Positions 59,407 to 64,000 of a stretch of DNA of 64,000 nucleotides are shown one piece after another (the stretch's first letter is position 1; every line of letters starts with the position of its first letter). Made by a program: the position numbers and the translations under genes. Under the pieces are notes generated by a model. It was not told the DNA's origin. It saw only the letters and a list, made by a program, of their open reading frames with translations, and did no database searches. Source of the stretch: Pseudomonadota bacterium (GTDB lineage Bacteria > Pseudomonadota > Gammaproteobacteria > Xanthomonadales > Rhodanobacteraceae); NCBI GenBank assembly GCA_023388255.1, contig JAEWGO010000006.1:836-64835 (forward strand), given 5' to 3'.

Positions 59407-59552
59407 GTCGCGGTGGTCCGGCGGCCGACGACGTTCACGTGCGGGTACGCATGTAGGGCTAGAATCAAAGCCGGCACGTCGACCTTGATGGCTCGTCGCG
59501 CCGGAACCGCTCCCGCGTCATCGGAACCCACCCACCATTCATGGAGGCAGGC

Positions 59553-60143
59553 ATGGCCGCGAAACCGTTTCTCTCAGATATTCAGACCATTCGCCGGCGC
59601 GCGCGCGAGCACATGGAGCGCGGCGCAGTCACCGATACCTACACGCTCGATCGCCAGACCGTGCTGAAGCTGCTCAACGAGGCGCTCGCCACCGAGATCG
59701 TCTGCGTGCTGCGCTACAAGGCGCACCACTACCTCGCCTCCGGCATCAATGCCAAGAGCGTCGCGGCGGAGTTCCTGGAGCATGCGAACGAAGAGCAGGT
59801 GCATGCGGACCAGATCGCCGAGCGCATCACGCAGCTCGATGGCACGCCGAATTTCTCGCCGGATGGCTTGTCCGCGCGCAGTCATTCCGAATTCGTCGCG
59901 CCGGACGAGCTTGCCGCGATGATCGAGGAAAACCTCGTCGCCGAGCGCATCGCGATCGACAGCTATCGCGAGATCATCAACTACATCGGCGATGCCGACA
60001 CGACGACCAAGCGCATGCTCGAGGGAATCCTCGCGATGGAGGAAGAGCATGCCGAGGACATGAAGACGCTGATGGAAGATTTCGGCAAGAAGGGCGAGCC
60101 GGCCAAGCCGAAGGGCGTGGCCAAGGCGAAGAAGGGCAAGTAG
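59553..60143 (+). CDS. Ferritin-like di-iron protein (bacterioferritin/Dps-like)
   Basis: 'LNEALATEIVCVLRY', 'EEQVHAD...ERITQL', 'LVAERIAIDSYRE', 'EEEHAEDM', and a Lys-rich tail. Confidence 0.9.
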   Translation: MAAKPFLSDIQTIRRRAREHMERGAVTDTYTLDRQTVLKLLNEALATEIVCVLRYKAHHYLASGINAKSVAAEFLEHANEEQVHADQIAERITQLDGTPNFSPDGLSARSHSEFVAPDELAAMIEENLVAERIAIDSYREIINYIGDADTTTKRMLEGILAMEEEHAEDMKTLMEDFGKKGEPAKPKGVAKAKKGK

Positions 60144-60181
60144 CGCCGGCGCAGCGGCCTCGGCGATCGACGGGAGACAGC

Positions 60182-61198
60182 GTGGACACAGCGACAGGAT
60201 CATCGGTTCGTTCGCGATCGTGGCTTTGGCGCGGCAGCGCGCTGGTCGTCGCGATCTATGTCGTCGCCGTGCTCGCGCTGATGTGGTGGTGGGACCATGC
60301 GCCGCCGCATTTCGACGTGACCGCCGCGGCGCAGTCGCGCGCAGCGGCGCGCGGCCAGTCGGTCGTGACCGGTTCGGTCACGACCACGGCGCTGATCGTC
60401 TCGGCCGAAACCCTGCTCGACAAGCGTGGCGGCTATCTCAGCAACGACCGCTTCCCGCCCGGCGTGCTGATGGACAACGTGCCGAACTGGGAGTTCGGCG
60501 TGCTGACGGCGACACGCGACCTCGCGCGCGAGATGCGCAACAAGTTCGCTCGCTCGCAGTCGCAGTCCGAGGAGGATGCCGACCTCAAGGAAGCCGATCC
60601 GCTGTTCTCCAGCCCGAACGATCGCTGGCTGCTGCCGAGTTCGGAAAACCAGTACCGCAAGGCGATCGCACACGTCGACGGCTATCTGCTGCGGCTCGGC
60701 AAGAACGACCCGAACGGGGCGCAGTTCTACGCACGCGCCGACAATCTGGCCGACTATCTCGACCTCGTGTCGAACCGCCTCGGCAGCCTGTCGCAGCGGC
60801 TTTCGGCCAGCGCCGGCCAGTTGCGCCTCGAAGGTGACGCGCCGGTCGATGCGGGCACCACGCCGGCACCGACGCAGACGCCACAAATCGTGCGCACGCC
60901 GTGGACCAAGATCGACGACATCTTCTACGAATCGCGCGGCTATACCTGGGCGCTGCTCGAACAGTTGCAGGCAATCGAAGTGGATTTCGGACCAACCCTG
61001 CAGCGCAAGAGCGCGGTGGTCAGCCTGAAGCAGATCATCCGCGAACTGGAAGAGGCGCAGAAGCCGTTGCACAGCCCGATCGTGCTCAACGGCAGCCCGT
61101 TCGGCTTCTTCGCGAACCATTCTCTGGTGATGGCGAACTACATCTCGCGCGCGAATGCAGCCGTGATCGACCTGCGCGAACTGCTCAAGCGCGGCTGA
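60182..61198 (+). CDS. DUF2333 family protein
   Basis: N-terminal TM, 'KRGGYLSND', 'DNVPNWEFGVL', 'ARADNL', 'IDDIFYESRG', 'FANHSLVMANYISRANAA'. Confidence 0.85.
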   Translation: MDTATGSSVRSRSWLWRGSALVVAIYVVAVLALMWWWDHAPPHFDVTAAAQSRAAARGQSVVTGSVTTTALIVSAETLLDKRGGYLSNDRFPPGVLMDNVPNWEFGVLTATRDLAREMRNKFARSQSQSEEDADLKEADPLFSSPNDRWLLPSSENQYRKAIAHVDGYLLRLGKNDPNGAQFYARADNLADYLDLVSNRLGSLSQRLSASAGQLRLEGDAPVDAGTTPAPTQTPQIVRTPWTKIDDIFYESRGYTWALLEQLQAIEVDFGPTLQRKSAVVSLKQIIRELEEAQKPLHSPIVLNGSPFGFFANHSLVMANYISRANAAVIDLRELLKRG

Positions 61199-61381
61199 CA
61201 AAGTCCTGTTTCGGGAAGGGGAGCAAAGTGCGCCACATGAGCGCAGCCCTCTCAAGCCCTCCCCTTCACGGGAGGGGATAGTGGGTACGATGTTGAAGCG
61301 CCGCGTTCACCTTGGCGCGACAGTGCCCGCTCGGGCGTGCCAAGATTCCGATCCTTTGCATTCCGCTTGACGCTCCCGCCA

Positions 61382-63043
61382 ATGACTTCCGCGTTGACAA
61401 TCCCCGCCGGGCATTCGCCTTGGCGCGCCCTGATCGAGCATCCGCTGTTCGTCGGTTTCCTGCTGCTGGCGCCGATCGTGTTGCTGCTCTCGCCAGTGCC
61501 GATCGATGAAACGCGCTACCTCGCAGTCGCCTGGGAAATGCGCCAGACCGGCGAATTCCTCGTGCCGCATCTCAATGGCGCGACCTATGCGCACAAACCG
61601 CCGCTGCTGTTCTGGCTGATCAACGCGGGCTGGCTGTTCACCGGCGTGCATGCGTGGACAGCGCGTGCGATGACCCTGCTGTGTTCGGCATTGAGCCTGA
61701 TATTGCTGTATCGACTGACCCTGCGCCTGACCGCATCGACGGCGGCGGCACGCGCATCGATGTGGTTCCTGCTCGGCGCGGTGTATTTCGCCGGCTTCGC
61801 CAACGCGATCATGTTCGATGTGCCGTTGACGACCTGCGTGCTGCTCGCCGTACACGGCATCTGCGATCTCGCCGACGACCGCCGTCGCCGCGGCGTGCTG
61901 GTCACCGGTGCCGCGATCGGCCTCGGCATTCTGGTCAAGGGACCGGTCATGCTGCTCGACATCGCGTTCGTCGCGCTGGCCGCACCGTGGTGGAACGCCG
62001 ATCGCCTGCGCGGCCGCCGCGCGCGCTATTTCGGCGATTTCGGACTGGCGATCCTGCTGGGCGCAGGCATAGCGCTGGCTTGGGCCATTCCGGCTGCACT
62101 GCATGGCGGCTCCGACTACGCGCGCGCAATCTTTCTCAACCAGACCTTCGACCGTATCGAGGGCGTCAAGGGCAAGAGCACGCATGGTCGCCCGTGGTGG
62201 TGGTACTGCGCGGTGTTTCCGCTGATGCTGCTGCCGTGGCCGCTGGTGGTGCGTGGCAACCGGGCGAAGCTGCGCGCGCTGTTCGGCGATTCGGCGCTTC
62301 GACTCGCGGTTGCGTGGGTCGTTCCGACCTTCATCGCGTTCTCGTTCGTCGGCGGCAAGCAGCCGCACTATCTGCTGCCGAGCGTGCCGGGTGTAGCGTT
62401 GGCATTGGCGCTGGCGCTGGCTCATGGAGCCATCCGCATCCGCGCGGGGTTGTTGGCCGGCTTGCTGATCGCGCTCGGAGGGGCGGTCGCATTTGCGCCG
62501 CACTACGCGGCGACGCGCCCGGCGCTGGGCTATCTCGGCGATCTGTCCGCGTTCTGGGGCATCGCGATCGCGCTGGTCGGTGCCGCGATGCTGCCGGGAC
62601 TGCGACGCATCGTGCAGCCGGCGTGGCCGGCCACGGCGATGCTTGCCGTGGCGCTGATCGTCAAACTCGCGGTGATCGAAGGCCCCGGATCGCGTTACGA
62701 CGTGCAGGCGATCGCGGCGCAGATCCGCGCCGCGCAGCAGCGTGGCCAACCGATCGTGCATCTCGGCTGGCACCACGGCGTGTACGAGTTCGCCGGGCGG
62801 CTGACCGAACCGTTGCCGGCGATAGAGGATCTGGCGGCTTTCGACACGTGGGCGCGCCAGCATCCCGACGGCCTCGTGCTCAGTTTCTATCGGCAATACC
62901 GCTTCCGCGCGGAACCGGTATACACGCAACCGTTCCGTGGCGGCGAGGTGTCGATGTGGAAAGCGAGCGATGCGCTTGCATCCGGCGTCGATCCGTCGAT
63001 GCAACACGTGCGCGACGACAGCGAAGACGCTTCCGACGAATGA
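61382..63043 (+). CDS. ArnT/PMT-like glycosyltransferase (GT39/GT83-type)
   Basis: 'PIDETRYLAVAWEM', 'HKPPLLFW', 'LVKGP', 'HGRPWWWY', 'GKQPHYLLP'; polytopic membrane protein. Confidence 0.88.
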   Translation: MTSALTIPAGHSPWRALIEHPLFVGFLLLAPIVLLLSPVPIDETRYLAVAWEMRQTGEFLVPHLNGATYAHKPPLLFWLINAGWLFTGVHAWTARAMTLLCSALSLILLYRLTLRLTASTAAARASMWFLLGAVYFAGFANAIMFDVPLTTCVLLAVHGICDLADDRRRRGVLVTGAAIGLGILVKGPVMLLDIAFVALAAPWWNADRLRGRRARYFGDFGLAILLGAGIALAWAIPAALHGGSDYARAIFLNQTFDRIEGVKGKSTHGRPWWWYCAVFPLMLLPWPLVVRGNRAKLRALFGDSALRLAVAWVVPTFIAFSFVGGKQPHYLLPSVPGVALALALALAHGAIRIRAGLLAGLLIALGGAVAFAPHYAATRPALGYLGDLSAFWGIAIALVGAAMLPGLRRIVQPAWPATAMLAVALIVKLAVIEGPGSRYDVQAIAAQIRAAQQRGQPIVHLGWHHGVYEFAGRLTEPLPAIEDLAAFDTWARQHPDGLVLSFYRQYRFRAEPVYTQPFRGGEVSMWKASDALASGVDPSMQHVRDDSEDASDE

Positions 63044-63049
63044 GGGCGT

Positions 63050-63079
63050 CGCCGCGTCACGCGAGCGTGTGACGCGGCG
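63050..63079. terminator. Hairpin between convergent genes
   Basis: CGCCGCGTCAC-gcgagcgt-GTGACGCGGCG. Confidence 0.6.
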
Positions 63080-63088
63080 TGAGGGCGA

Positions 63089-63637
63089 TCAGAACGCCGG
63101 TTTCTGTTCCGCCGAGCGGTAACGCTCGGCGCCGGCGAGGATCTCGTGTTTGGCAGCAGCGGCGTCGACCCATCCGTCGATCTTGACCCACTTGCCCTTT
63201 TCCAGATCCTTGTAGTGTTCGAAGAAGTGGCCGATGCGTTCAAGCCAGTGGCCGGACACCTGGCCGATGTCGGTGATGTGGCTGTAACCGGCGAAGATCT
63301 TCGCGTGCGGCACGACGACGAGCTTCTCGTCGGCACCCGCCTCGTCGGTCATCTTCAGCATGCCGACCGGGCGGCAGCGGATCACCGAACCCGGCACCAG
63401 CGGCAGCGGCAGGATCACCAGCGCGTCGAGCGGATCGCCGTCGCCACCGAGCGTCTGCGGCACGTAGCCGTAGTTGCACGGATAGCGCATCGGCGTCGAC
63501 AGCACGCGATCGACGAAGATCGCGCCACTGGCCTTGTCGACTTCGTACTTGACCGGTTCGGCGTCTTTCGGGATCTCGATGATGACGTTGATTTCGTTCG
63601 GCACGTCGGCGCCGGCGGGAACGCGTTCCAGGCCCAT
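63089..63637 (-). CDS. ppa: Inorganic pyrophosphatase (family I)
   Basis: 'IEIP...KYEVDK', '[18 protein letters not shown]', 'DEAGADEK', 'FFEHYKDLE'. Confidence 0.97.
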   Translation of the reverse strand: MGLERVPAGADVPNEINVIIEIPKDAEPVKYEVDKASGAIFVDRVLSTPMRYPCNYGYVPQTLGGDGDPLDALVILPLPLVPGSVIRCRPVGMLKMTDEAGADEKLVVVPHAKIFAGYSHITDIGQVSGHWLERIGHFFEHYKDLEKGKWVKIDGWVDAAAAKHEILAGAERYRSAEQKPAF

Positions 63638-63809
63638 GGGGCACTCCTTGAAATTGAAGGTTCCGGCCAACGCCGGAACTCGGGGATTCGATGTTTTCGC
63701 GTGCGGCCGCAATGCGGGCACGGGCGCTTTCACGCAGCGGCGCGAAGAATACGGCAAAGTTTGCGGCGGCGCAGCAATTGCGCCGCCTGCCTGCGCGAGG
63801 CGCGTTGCC

Positions 63810-64000
63810 TCAGGACTTCAACGCGGCCTTCAGCGTCTTGACCTGCTCGGGAAACCACTGGCCGTTCTGTTCGAGCACGTCGTTGACGACCTGCTCCGCA
63901 TCGGCTTGCCGGTGCAACGCCTTGAGCGCCTTCACGCGCTGCGTCGCGACCACGAGGCGGTTCTCGCCATAGGCCTTGTCGGCCGCCTTCTCGAGCAGCG
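63810..64000 (-). CDS. C-terminal fragment of a helical (TPR-like) protein; the gene starts outside the window
   Basis: Open frame with host-like codons: ...[62 protein letters not shown]. Confidence 0.65.
   Translation of the reverse strand, partial: LLEKAADKAYGENRLVVATQRVKALKALHRQADAEQVVNDVLEQNGQWFPEQVKTLKAALKS

Noticed and set aside
61257..61276. CCCTCCC-cttcac-GGGAGGG hairpin as a mobile or REP element
   Set aside because: A single short copy in the window; it cannot be distinguished from an ordinary intergenic hairpin.

Overview
GC-rich gammaproteobacterial chromosome segment. Gene content and order point to Xanthomonadales, probably Rhodanobacteraceae (Dokdonella-like); this is inferred from trpGDC-clp-speD-coq7-rplM-rpsI-tRNA-Gln, rpiA-EVE-ygfA-6S RNA-zapA, ygfB-pepP, pepQ, TPP riboswitch-thiC and ppa. 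Three accessory blocks interrupt this backbone. (1) 1-8296: a TonB-dependent receptor / TlpA lipoprotein / DsbD / periplasmic M16 protease-pair operon, a candidate protein-import system with its own disulfide-reduction arm. (2) 31826-40809: MprF bracketed by two AcvB/VirJ hydrolases, a sulfotransferase + Asp/Asn beta-hydroxylase gene pair, and a secreted protein ending in DRIFGDDMD. (3) 45492-59406: a Bacteroides-style hybrid two-component system (propeller-Y_Y_Y-HisKA-HATPase-REC-AraC), two large paralogous choice-of-anchor-Q-type surface proteins, a miniprotein made of little more than a signal peptide and a sorting signal, a DUF11-like protein, and a hydroxylase-sulfotransferase fusion. The most interesting leads are the hydroxylase + sulfotransferase coupling that occurs twice, each time beside secreted proteins, the recurrent IFxD[G/D]xD motif in those proteins, the HTCS-controlled surface-protein locus, and the TBDR-thioredoxin-M16 operon. 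I saw no CRISPR array, integrase, transposase or rRNA. All family calls come from recognising motifs by eye; no database searches were run.
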